A DNA stretch of 64,000 nt, taken from NCBI GenBank assembly GCA_964391865.1, contig CAYMNQ010000003.1:1-64000 (forward strand), read 5' to 3'. The notes under the pieces are model-generated. The model ran no database searches, was not told where the DNA came from, and saw only the letters and a program-made list of their open reading frames with translations. The stretch comes from an uncultured Phycisphaeraceae bacterium. Its GTDB lineage: Bacteria > Planctomycetota > Phycisphaerae > Phycisphaerales > UBA1924. This document shows positions 1 through 8,727 of the stretch, piece after piece. Within the stretch, counting starts at the first letter, position 1, and every line of letters starts with the position of its first letter. Both the position numbers and the translations under genes were made by a program.

Positions 1-174
1 GGAAGGTCGGAAGGCGGAAGAAAAGAGGGCGGCGTGTTTGGTGTGGGCGGCACCAGGCGCGGCCCAGGGCGGCCGCGGCTGGTGGCACCCGTGGCGCGCG
101 CGAAACAGCGGCCGGTCCTCTGGTGGGGCGCGGCCGCTGGGTGGGTGTTGAGCTGGGTTGTGCGTGCGCGAAAC

Positions 175-1920
175 TCAGCGGCGACGGCGGAGAGCGCTCA
201 CGCCGACGAGCGCGAAGAGACCGGCGACGCCGGGGGTCGGGACGGCCTGCACGACGAACTGGCTGACGATAAAGGGCTCGCGCTCGGTGATGAGGTTGGG
301 GTTGGCGAGGAGTTCGGCTTCGGTGTAGGGCAGGATGCCCCAGGTGGTGACGGTGAGCGCCTGGGTGAGCGGGTTGATGTCGAACTCGGTCCAGCCGAAG
401 GTGTTGGTGGCGGTGTAGCCGCCCTGCAGCAGGGTCGCGGGGATTTCAGAACCCTGGAGGCCCAGGGGGTCGTAGCCGAGGGGCGTGATCTGGGCGTTGA
501 TGAGGTTCTGGATGTAGCCCTCTTTCTGCGCGAGGGAGAGGCTCTGATAGGTGGGGAGGGGGAGCGCGCCGGGGATGCCGAGGCCGGCGGCGATGCCGGC
601 GACGGTGGGACCGAACGGCGCGTCGAAGGCGACGGAGCCGGTGGTGATCTCGAAGGCGCCGGTCGGGATCTGCGGCTGGCCCGGGCCGTTCTGGTAGGTC
701 AGGTTGTTGACGAGCGTGCCGTGGATGTCGGCGGCGACGAAGACGACATTCTCAATGTTGTTGTCGTCGATGAACTTGAGGATCTCGGTGCGCTCGGCGG
801 CGTAGCCCTCGAAACGGTCGGAGGCGTTGAGCACGCCGAGGTTCTGGATGGGCTCGGGGACGTTGATGAACTTCCAGGTGGTGCCGTTGGCCTGGGCGCT
901 CAGGAGGTCGGCCTTGAGATCATCGATCTGGGCGCGACCCAGCATGGTGCGGCCCGGGGTGAACGAGGCGGCGAGGTAGCCGCCGACCTGCACCGGGTCG
1001 AGCGGGTTCGCGGCGGGGAGGCCCTGATCGCGGAAGGAGCGGGTATCGAGGGAGAGGATGGCGGCGTCCTGGCCGAAGGACTGCGCGCGGTAGAGCTTGG
1101 TCTTGCCGGCGGTGCGGGGATCGGCGGTGGCGCCGTAGTTCTGCGGGGTGATGGGGTTGTACTCCTGGAAGGCCTGGATGCCGTTGTTGAAGAGGGTGGT
1201 CTCGTTGATGAAGTTGCCGGGCTGCCCGCTGAAGCGCGGGTCGCTGGAGGGGTGGGCGCCGCCGGCGAAGTCGTTGGTGACCTCGTGGTCGTCGATGGTG
1301 GCGATGATCGACATGTTGGAGCGGATATCGCCGAGCGTGTTCAGGCCGAAGCGGGTGGAGTAGACCTCGTTGTGCTTGGCGCGGAATTCGACGAGGGTTT
1401 CGGCCTGACCCACGCCGGGGAGAGCGGGGGATTCGATGTCGGCGTAGATGGTGTCGCCGAGGGAGATCCAGAGGTCGAGGTCGCGCCCGACCACGTTCTT
1501 GACGGCGGGGTAGGGGGCGAGTTCGCCGCGCCAGTCGCCCGAGGCGCCGAAGCGGAAGCCGTTGTAGCCCGAAGCGGCGGCGGTGCGGAACTTACCGGCG
1601 GAGGCGGCGCCGGTGGAATCGACGGCGCGGAAGTAGTACTCGGTGTTGGGCGAGAGGCCGGCGACCGGGGCCTTCACGGGCTGCGTGACGTCGGTGACGA
1701 AGGTGGTGGAGGAGCCGAGGATCGAGCCGAAGCCCGGGTCGGTGGAGTATTCGAAGGTGAGGTTGCCGGTGAAGTTGGTGCGGGCCCAGAGCAGCGACGA
1801 GGTGCTGGTGGTCTCGCCCGACGCGACGGCGTTGGGGAGCGTCTGAGCGAGAGCGAGCGTGGAGCCCGCGAGCGTGGCGAGGCCCGCGGCGAGGGTGGTG
1901 ATGAACCGGCGGCTGTGCAT
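175..1920 (-). CDS. phoD: PhoD-family alkaline phosphatase/phosphodiesterase, Tat signal peptide, PEP-CTERM-like C-terminal tail
   Basis: 581-aa ORF. N-term SRRFITTLAAGLATLAGSTLALA (twin-arginine motif plus h-region). Body has typical PhoD/metallophosphatase composition. C-term ...AVPTPGVAGLFALVGVSALRRRR: Pro motif, hydrophobic helix, Arg cluster. AGGAGA lies 9 nt upstream of the ATG at 1920. Confidence 0.75.
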   Translation of the reverse strand: MHSRRFITTLAAGLATLAGSTLALAQTLPNAVASGETTSTSSLLWARTNFTGNLTFEYSTDPGFGSILGSSTTFVTDVTQPVKAPVAGLSPNTEYYFRAVDSTGAASAGKFRTAAASGYNGFRFGASGDWRGELAPYPAVKNVVGRDLDLWISLGDTIYADIESPALPGVGQAETLVEFRAKHNEVYSTRFGLNTLGDIRSNMSIIATIDDHEVTNDFAGGAHPSSDPRFSGQPGNFINETTLFNNGIQAFQEYNPITPQNYGATADPRTAGKTKLYRAQSFGQDAAILSLDTRSFRDQGLPAANPLDPVQVGGYLAASFTPGRTMLGRAQIDDLKADLLSAQANGTTWKFINVPEPIQNLGVLNASDRFEGYAAERTEILKFIDDNNIENVVFVAADIHGTLVNNLTYQNGPGQPQIPTGAFEITTGSVAFDAPFGPTVAGIAAGLGIPGALPLPTYQSLSLAQKEGYIQNLINAQITPLGYDPLGLQGSEIPATLLQGGYTATNTFGWTEFDINPLTQALTVTTWGILPYTEAELLANPNLITEREPFIVSQFVVQAVPTPGVAGLFALVGVSALRRRR

Positions 1921-2198
1921 GGGACGTCTCTCCTATGCCGCGGGGAGGCGGGCGGGCGCGCGGAACACCAGCGCGCCGCGGGCGATCCTTCGCGGCATCA
2001 GGAAACTCATACCTCCTGAGTGCGGCGGGAATTGTGTTGGGCGCGCGTGGATTGCGCTGGAGTCTTGTGTTGCCGGATTCACGCGGTGTTCGGGTTGACG
2101 CGCGCGTGCGAGTGCTCGATCGGGGCGGGGCGGGCGTGAGATACGATGGTGCCTGACGCGCCCCGATCGGATGCGCCGTTCAATAAGGAGTGCCCGCG

Positions 2199-3395
2199 AT
2201 GCCCGCGAATGCTGTTGTTGCTCAGTCCGGCGGACCCACCGCCGTCATCAATCAGTCGCTCGTCGGCGTGGTCGAGGGGCTGCGCGGGAACCCGAAAATC
2301 GGGAAGATCCTCGGCGGGCGGCACGGCGTGCGCGGCATCACGGGCGAGCAGTTTGTTGATCTGACGAACGTGCCGCAGGCGCAGCTTGACTTGGTGGCGA
2401 AGACGCCCTCGGCGGCGCTGGGCTCATCGCGCGACAAGCCGGACAAGGCGTACTGCGAGCGCGTGCTCGCGGCGCTGAAGAAGAACGACATCCGCTACTA
2501 CTTTTACATCGGCGGGAATGACAGCTCTGATACGTGCCGCATTGTGGCGGAGATGGCGCGCGACACGGGCTACGAGCTGCACGCGTTCCACTGCCCGAAG
2601 ACGGTTGACAATGACTTGATGATGAACGATCACACGCCGGGGTACGCGTCGGCGGCGCGGTACGTGGCGATGGCGTTCATGGGTGATCAGCTTGATAACC
2701 GCTCGCTGCCCGGGATCAAGATCAACGTGGTGATGGGGCGGCACGCGGGGTTTCTCACCGGCGCGGCAGCGCTGCTGCGCGAGCGCGAGGACGACGGGCC
2801 GCACTTGGTGTATCTGCCCGAGGTGCCGTTCAACAATGAATCGTTCGTGGCGGATGTCGAGCGGGTGTACTCGAAGCTGGGGCGCTGCCAGATCGCGGTG
2901 AGCGAGGGGATCCAGAATTCGCAGGGCGAATCGATCGGCGCGACGCTGATCTCGGGCGAGAAGGATGCGCATGGCAACGTGCAGCTCTCGGGCAGCGGCG
3001 CGCTGGGCGATGCGCTGGCGGAGTTCATCAAGAAGAAGTTGACTCCTGAGGGGGGAAAGCCGCCGCGGGTGCGCGCGGACACACTGGGCTACCCGCAGCG
3101 GTGCTGGCCCGACGCGAGCCCGGTGGACCAGGCGGAAGCGCGGGCGAGCGCGCGGTTCGCGGCGGAGACGGCGCTGAAAGGGGAGCACGCGAGCGGGTCG
3201 ATCGCGATCCAGCGCGCGAATACTGCTGGTGCGCCGTATCAGGCGAAGTATGTGCGCGTGGAGTTGAAGGAAGTGGCGGCGAAGACGCGGCACATGCCGG
3301 AGGAGTTCATCAAGGGGATGAGCGATGTGTCGCCGGCGTTTGTGGAGTGGCTGAAGCCGCTGGTGGGGGTGATGCCGGGGATTGGGAGGTTGTAG
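2199..3395 (+). CDS. pfp: pyrophosphate-dependent 6-phosphofructokinase (PPi-PFK)
   Basis: PFK family motifs GGPTAVINQS, GGNDS, PKTVDNDL. Asp in GGNDS and Lys in PKTVDND sit at the positions that distinguish PPi- from ATP-PFKs. AAGGAG lies 8 nt upstream of ATG 2199; the track ORF begins at GTG 2190. Confidence 0.8.
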   Translation: MPANAVVAQSGGPTAVINQSLVGVVEGLRGNPKIGKILGGRHGVRGITGEQFVDLTNVPQAQLDLVAKTPSAALGSSRDKPDKAYCERVLAALKKNDIRYYFYIGGNDSSDTCRIVAEMARDTGYELHAFHCPKTVDNDLMMNDHTPGYASAARYVAMAFMGDQLDNRSLPGIKINVVMGRHAGFLTGAAALLREREDDGPHLVYLPEVPFNNESFVADVERVYSKLGRCQIAVSEGIQNSQGESIGATLISGEKDAHGNVQLSGSGALGDALAEFIKKKLTPEGGKPPRVRADTLGYPQRCWPDASPVDQAEARASARFAAETALKGEHASGSIAIQRANTAGAPYQAKYVRVELKEVAAKTRHMPEEFIKGMSDVSPAFVEWLKPLVGVMPGIGRL

Positions 3396-3506
3396 GAGTT
3401 GGGCTTGGGGCTTGGGGGTTTCGTAGTGAGCACGAGCGGCGCGAATCCGAGCTCGATCGGCGATCTGCTGTTTCCTCCTCCACAGTCGGGCAGACACTGC
3501 CGCGCG

Positions 3507-4595
3507 ATGCTGCCCAACGAGAGCCGGTATCAGTGGCTTTGCAGACACGAAGACGAATCTGTTGACAGTGCTCGTCACACGTTTGCGCGCATGTTCAGTG
3601 AGCTACCCCTCCGCATTCAGAGTGACCTTCGGCCAAAGCTGATACACAAGGACTATGTGAACCACGCGGGCGCGGTATTCGAGACTGTTCTTTGGCACCG
3701 CCTCAGAACGGCCGGGTGGAATCCCAAAGTCCACGAACCACTCGGCGGATCGCAGCCCGACCTTGTGATAACGATTCCTGAAATCGGACGGGCAATAGTG
3801 GAGGCTACCGCCATTCACCCGGAGAAGGAGCGCGTCGGTTCGGAGAGACGGCTTCGAGCTCTAGAGCGAAACACACTCCGATTGTTGGCCGACTGGCCCT
3901 ATCGAGTGGAAGTGATCGAGTATGAGACCCACCACGAAAGTCCCTCGGCAAAGGACTTTGCACGTTGGCTTCGCGATTGCTCGGCTGGTCTCGTCGCCGC
4001 TTTGGGGCACCATGCACTCGAAGAGGATGAAGCTGGACCGGTATTCGAGTACGCACCACGGCAGGGATGGCGAATTCGATTGAGAATTGAGCCACACTCA
4101 TTAGCCTTGCCCTGCGAGTATCTGTTTAGCTGCGTTCATAGTGGGCCGTACCCAATCGGCACGTACGACTTGGTCAAGCGGGCGGTTGAGAGAAAGCTCA
4201 AACAGCACCACGATCAGTCGCCTCCACTGATCGTCGCCATTTCGTCTGCGGAAGAGACGTTCAAGATCAATGACTGGGCTCTTCAATGCGCGATGCTCGG
4301 TACCAGCGCAGTCCAGTATGAATCGAGAGATTTATCGAACGGACAGCCGATTCGAAATCCGAATGGAATCTGGTACGGCCCGAGCGACATCCCTTTCCGA
4401 GACAAGCCCATTGCAGTGATTTGTTTCCCATACGTTTCCGTGTGCAAGTGTGAACAGCATGAACCAACGCTTTTCGTGAATCCTTTCGCATCACCTGCGA
4501 TCGATCTTGGGAGCTGGCCGTTCCGTCTTGAAACAGTTGAGTTTCAGGGTGCGCGAGGAACAATCAGGATTCGCGAATCACGGCGATCGGGTTGA
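3507..4595 (+). CDS. hypothetical protein in a low-GC islet
   Basis: ORF 3399..4595. GC drops to roughly 55% from about 3500, so ATG 3507 is the preferred start. No recognisable family. Segment QPDLVITIPEIGRAIVEATAIHPEK is weakly PD-(D/E)xK-like. Convergent with the OMP gene, with a hairpin between them. Confidence 0.45.
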   Translation: MLPNESRYQWLCRHEDESVDSARHTFARMFSELPLRIQSDLRPKLIHKDYVNHAGAVFETVLWHRLRTAGWNPKVHEPLGGSQPDLVITIPEIGRAIVEATAIHPEKERVGSERRLRALERNTLRLLADWPYRVEVIEYETHHESPSAKDFARWLRDCSAGLVAALGHHALEEDEAGPVFEYAPRQGWRIRLRIEPHSLALPCEYLFSCVHSGPYPIGTYDLVKRAVERKLKQHHDQSPPLIVAISSAEETFKINDWALQCAMLGTSAVQYESRDLSNGQPIRNPNGIWYGPSDIPFRDKPIAVICFPYVSVCKCEQHEPTLFVNPFASPAIDLGSWPFRLETVEFQGARGTIRIRESRRSG

Positions 4596-4708
4596 TTCCG
4601 AGGAGAAGTAGGTTGGGGAGCACTGGTTTCAGAGCCAACCAGTGGCACCCGGACCCCGAACCCCGGACACCGGACGGTGCGGCATGAACACCAACCCCGC
4701 GCGCGACA

Positions 4709-4728
4709 CCGCCCGCTTTCGCGGGCGG
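4709..4728. terminator. GC hairpin (CCGCCCGC-TTTC-GCGGGCGG) between convergent genes
   Basis: Perfect 8-bp stem with 4-nt loop, read directly. Sits between the stop of the 3507..4595 ORF and the stop of the 4817..5722 minus-strand gene. No strong U-tract follows. Confidence 0.3.
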
Positions 4729-4816
4729 TGTGCGGCCGTATGAGAAACATGGAGGAAAACGCGGGTGAGCGGGCGCGTGCGGCGTGTGTTGCCGTCGCGC
4801 GGGCACGAGCGCGGGG

Positions 4817-5722
4817 TCAGAACGAGAAGACCACGCTCGCGGTGATGCGCTGGCTGAAGAGGTCGTCGTCGTTGTCGGTGATGGGGATTTCCCACGCGAA
4901 GCGCAGGCCGAGGTTCTCGATGGGGCGGATTTCGAAGCCCGCGCCGAAGCTGACCACCGGGTCGTCTTCGCCCTTGCCGAAGTTGCCGACATCGAGGCCA
5001 TGGAAGGGGAGCGGCGAGGTGCCGGCGTTGATGACGTGGTAGCCGTTGAACTCGACGACGGGGCTGAACCAGTCGCACACGCCGTAGTCGGCGTGGACGT
5101 GCCAGGAGAGTCGGTCGGAGTTGCCGAGCGGGTCTTCATCTCCCGCGGCGAGGAAGACGTTCAGCGTGGCGCCGAGGTGGAGGGCGTCGAAGCCCTTGTT
5201 GATCGAGCCCCAGAAACGGACTTCGGCGTCGTTTTGCAGGACATCGTCGTCGCCCCAGGGGAACTGGAAGCCGGCGCCGAGGGCGGCGTGGAACTGGTTC
5301 TTGTAGTCCTGAAGGAATGACCACTTGAGGCCGGCGGCGACGTCGTTCGCGCCGTCGTCGTTGACGAGGGGGGTATCGAACTGCGCGAAGCCGTCCTTGT
5401 ACGCGACGAGCTGAACGCTGGGTGTGAGCGCGAGGCGGATCTGAAGGGCTTCAACGAAGGCGTGCCCGCCGCCGATGAGGCTCTCGCCCGGGAATTGGTG
5501 ATAGAGGAACCACGCGCGGATGTCGCTGGTGACGAAGGAATCTTCGTGGAAGTAGGGGGAGGTGATGGGGTGCACGAAGCGCTGCGTGATGGAGAGGTCG
5601 GCGGCTTCGGCGATGGAGTCGCCGAAGAGGACGAACTTGGCGGCCTGGGCGTGGGCGCTGTTCGTCAGCGCGATCGCGGCGGCGAGCCCGGCGGCGGCGG
5701 TGAGGAGACGGGTCTTCTTCAT
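4817..5722 (-). CDS. outer-membrane beta-barrel protein (MetA-pathway/phenol-degradation-type transporter-like)
   Basis: Signal peptide MKKTRLLTAAAGLAAAIALTNSAHA. Alternating amphipathic beta-strand composition; C-terminal ...VVFSF ends in Phe, as OMPs typically do. Start taken at the internal Met (ATG 5722) preceding the signal peptide. Confidence 0.55.
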   Translation of the reverse strand: MKKTRLLTAAAGLAAAIALTNSAHAQAAKFVLFGDSIAEAADLSITQRFVHPITSPYFHEDSFVTSDIRAWFLYHQFPGESLIGGGHAFVEALQIRLALTPSVQLVAYKDGFAQFDTPLVNDDGANDVAAGLKWSFLQDYKNQFHAALGAGFQFPWGDDDVLQNDAEVRFWGSINKGFDALHLGATLNVFLAAGDEDPLGNSDRLSWHVHADYGVCDWFSPVVEFNGYHVINAGTSPLPFHGLDVGNFGKGEDDPVVSFGAGFEIRPIENLGLRFAWEIPITDNDDDLFSQRITASVVFSF

Positions 5723-5849
5723 GGTCGAGCCCTTTCGAGAGAGTGAATTGGTCGCCGGCGGGCATCGCCCGCGCGGCGGCTGGGATTTCCGCCCCGGTCT
5801 CAATCCCCGCAGCGACGCGGGAGGAAGAGCGGCACCACCAGCCGGAGAA

Positions 5850-5925
5850 TCGGATATTCAGACTAAGAGATACACAAATACCAATATGACGTCAACTGGG
5901 ACACTCTCAAAGTCGGGAGGGGGTG
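5850..5925. promoter_or_regulatory. AT-rich leader with TGACGTCA palindrome upstream of the protease gene
   Basis: ggatattcagactaagagatacacaaataccaatatgacgtcaactggg is locally AT-rich in a ~70% GC genome and contains the perfect 8-bp palindrome TGACGTCA. It lies in the 388-bp divergent intergenic region 5723..6110. Confidence 0.2.
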
Positions 5926-6110
5926 GTGGTCCGTGTTCCTGGAGGGGAAAAAACGTGGAAAAGGTCCAGAAACCAGCCGCTCCGGGGGCCGGATTGGGGT
6001 ACGTTTCCTGTACGGCGTGGGCGTCTGCGACCGCCCCGTCGTGCCGTGTGTCCGGCTCTGGTGATGTCGCGTGTGATGTGCTGAGCGGAGCTCGCGCGAA
6101 AGGAGCCGAG

Positions 6111-8519
6111 ATGCTGTCCATTCGTGGTGTTCGTGGTGCTGTTGGCGCGGCGATGGTGGTGGCGGTGGTGCTGGCTTCGGGAACGGCGGCGGCGATCGCG
6201 GGGGAGCGCGGCGGGCTGAGCGAGTTGAGCGCGATGGTTGAGGCGCGGGCCGGGGGCGGGTTTGTGGTCCGCGCGGGCGGGATGGCGGTCGTGCGCGAGG
6301 GAGCGCGGTTCGCCCCCGAGGCGGTGCGGGCGATCGGGTTCGCGTCGGGTGCGCGGGTGGTGACGTGGAGCGAGGGGGGCGAGGCGTGGTACGCGATCGG
6401 GGCGGATGGGGCGCTCCCGAAGACGGTGGCGCGGGCGGATTTCGGGATCAAGCTGGCGAGCGGGGCGTTCGAGCCGATGGCGGTTGGGGCGCGGGCGGAG
6501 CCGGGGGCGCATCTGCGCGCGGCGGATGATTCGGAGTTGCTGATCGTTCAGTTCGTCACTCCCGCGTTGGCGGAGTACCGGGCGGCGATGGAAGAAGCCG
6601 GTGCGAAGGTTCGCTACTACCTGCCCGAGCAAGCGCAGTTGGTGACGATGGACGCGGCGGCGCGGGCGCGGGTCGAGGCGCTGCCGTTCGTGCGCTGGGT
6701 CGGCGCGTACCACCCGTCGGACAAGCTCGAGCAACCGCTGCGCGAGGCGCTGGGCGCGGATGCTTCGTCGTTGGCGGAGCGGCAGCGGTACAGCATCCAG
6801 GTGGCGGAGCGCGGGCCTGGGATGAAGGGCGAGTTGGCGGACACGATTCTCGCGCTCGGCGGGGAAGTCAGCGCGATCTCGCCGCATAGTTTCATTCTGG
6901 AAGCGACGCTCTCGCCCGGGCAGTTGCTGCGGGTGGCGGCGATGGATGAAGCGGTGGCGATCGACCGCGTGCTGCCGGCGGTTGAGTACATGGACAACGT
7001 GCGGAACGTGGGCGGCGGGAACTATGTTGAGACCGTCGCGGGGTTCAGGGGCGAGGGCGTGCGCGCCGAGGTGATGGACGGCGGCATCTTGACGACGCAC
7101 CAGGATTTCCAGGCGCGCCCGGTGATTCTGCACGGGGCGACGGCGGGGAGCGCGAGCCACGGGACGGCGACGTACGGGATCGTGTTCGGCACGGGCACGG
7201 CGAACCCGGCGGGGCGCGGGATGCTGCCGATGGCGCAGGGGATCTTCGCCGACTACGGGTCGTACGGCGGGGACCGGTACGCGCACAACGCGTCGCTGCT
7301 GCTCCCGCCGTATCAGGCGGTGTTCCAGAGCAACTCGTGGGGGTCGTGCTGCTTCTACAGCTACACGACCGCGGCAGCGGCGATGGACGACAACATCTTT
7401 GATAACCAGATCGTGCTCGTGCAGGCGCAGGCGAATCAGGGCTCGACGAGCAGCGACACGATCGCGTTCGCGAAGAACATTGTTTCGGTGGGCGGCATCC
7501 GGCATCAGGGGACGGGGGTGCTGACGGATGACAATTGGACCAACGCGGGGAGCATCGGCCCCGCGCCGGACGGGCGCATCAAGCCCGATCTCGCGTTCTG
7601 GTACGACTCGATCTTCACGACGACGAGCAGCAGCCCGACGGCGTACACCAGCAGCTTCGGCGGGACGTCGGCGGCGACGCCCATGACCGCCGGGCACTTC
7701 GGGCTGATGTTCCAGATGTGGCACAACGGCATCTTCGGGAACACGGTTGATCCGATGGGGACGGTGTTCAGCAACCGCCCGCGCATCGCGACGAGCAAGG
7801 CGCTCATGATCAACACCGCGACTCCCTACCCGTTCGTCGGCGCGAGCGCGGACCTGACGCGCACGCACCAGGGCTGGGGCCGCGCGGATGTGAAGCGTTT
7901 GTACGACCTGCGCGAGCGGATGTTCATTGTGGATGAGTCCCGCGTGCTGGCGCCGTTTGAAACAGCGACGTACATGCTGGAAGTGCCGACGGGCGCCGCC
8001 GAGCTGCGCGCCACGCTGGTGTGGACCGACCCGGCGGGCGTCGCGAGTTCGAGCGTCCACCGCGTGAACAACCTTGACCTGAAGGTGACCGCGCCCAACG
8101 GCACGACGTTCTACTGGGGCAACAACGGGCTGCGTGACGGGAACGTTTCGACGTCGGGCGGCGTGGCGAACACGCTGGACACGGTCGAGAACGTGTGGGT
8201 CAGCGCGCCGGCGCCAGGGATGTGGACCGTCGCGGTGACGGCGGCGCTGGTGAATCAGGACGGGCGCGTGGAGACACCGGAGCTGGATGTTGATTTCGGT
8301 TTGGTGGTCAGCGGCGTGCTGCCGCCCGTGAAGACCCCGGCGTGCCCGGGCGATGCGGACGGCGACGGCGCGGTCGGGCTGGCTGATGTGGCGCTGATCG
8401 TGCAGAACTGGGAGACCATCGGGCTGCCCGGCACGCTGGGCGATCTTGATAACGATGGCGCGCGCGGGCTCGCGGATATCGCGATCGTGATCAACAACTG
8501 GGAAGCGGTGTGCCGCTGA
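6111..8519 (+). CDS. subtilisin-like serine peptidase (S8) with C-terminal dockerin-type module
   Basis: Signal peptide MLSIRGVRGAVGAAMVVAVVLASGTAAA. S8 catalytic motifs: Asp in VMDGGI, His in SHGTATYG, Ser in GGTSAATPM. C-term CPGDADGDGAVGLADVALIVQNWE...GDLDNDGARGLADIAIVINNWEAVCR is two Ca-binding dockerin-like repeats flanked by Cys. AAAGGAG lies 6 nt upstream of ATG 6111. Track ORF 5562.. extends into the divergent gene and is not used. Confidence 0.8.
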   Translation: MLSIRGVRGAVGAAMVVAVVLASGTAAAIAGERGGLSELSAMVEARAGGGFVVRAGGMAVVREGARFAPEAVRAIGFASGARVVTWSEGGEAWYAIGADGALPKTVARADFGIKLASGAFEPMAVGARAEPGAHLRAADDSELLIVQFVTPALAEYRAAMEEAGAKVRYYLPEQAQLVTMDAAARARVEALPFVRWVGAYHPSDKLEQPLREALGADASSLAERQRYSIQVAERGPGMKGELADTILALGGEVSAISPHSFILEATLSPGQLLRVAAMDEAVAIDRVLPAVEYMDNVRNVGGGNYVETVAGFRGEGVRAEVMDGGILTTHQDFQARPVILHGATAGSASHGTATYGIVFGTGTANPAGRGMLPMAQGIFADYGSYGGDRYAHNASLLLPPYQAVFQSNSWGSCCFYSYTTAAAAMDDNIFDNQIVLVQAQANQGSTSSDTIAFAKNIVSVGGIRHQGTGVLTDDNWTNAGSIGPAPDGRIKPDLAFWYDSIFTTTSSSPTAYTSSFGGTSAATPMTAGHFGLMFQMWHNGIFGNTVDPMGTVFSNRPRIATSKALMINTATPYPFVGASADLTRTHQGWGRADVKRLYDLRERMFIVDESRVLAPFETATYMLEVPTGAAELRATLVWTDPAGVASSSVHRVNNLDLKVTAPNGTTFYWGNNGLRDGNVSTSGGVANTLDTVENVWVSAPAPGMWTVAVTAALVNQDGRVETPELDVDFGLVVSGVLPPVKTPACPGDADGDGAVGLADVALIVQNWETIGLPGTLGDLDNDGARGLADIAIVINNWEAVCR

Positions 8520-8727
8520 ATTCGTTCTCTCATCAGCTAAGCAGGGAGGACTTCGCACATCGGCTCGTCACCCGCGATGAGACGCGGCATGATTATTGTG
8601 AAGTTCACGTTGTATCAGCGTGATTTCCTTTGGTGTTGATTTGGGTGAATGGCAGACTGCCTACGGCTTGTTTGCCGCTGGTGTTTTGCGTTTCTGCATT
8701 TCATCTCATTCTCTGAAAGGCGATCTG

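Noticed and set aside
34-2019. 661-aa plus-strand ORF
   Set aside because: Gly/Asp/Glu/Val-rich low-complexity translation, antisense to the well-supported PhoD gene on the minus strand.
5562-6110. 5' extension of the protease ORF
   Set aside because: Overlaps the divergent OMP gene and has no signal peptide. An internal ATG at 6111 with AAAGGAG RBS and a signal peptide is the better start.
5907-8558. 883-aa minus-strand ORF
   Set aside because: Arg/Pro/His-rich junk. Antisense to the S8 protease, which has clear catalytic motifs.
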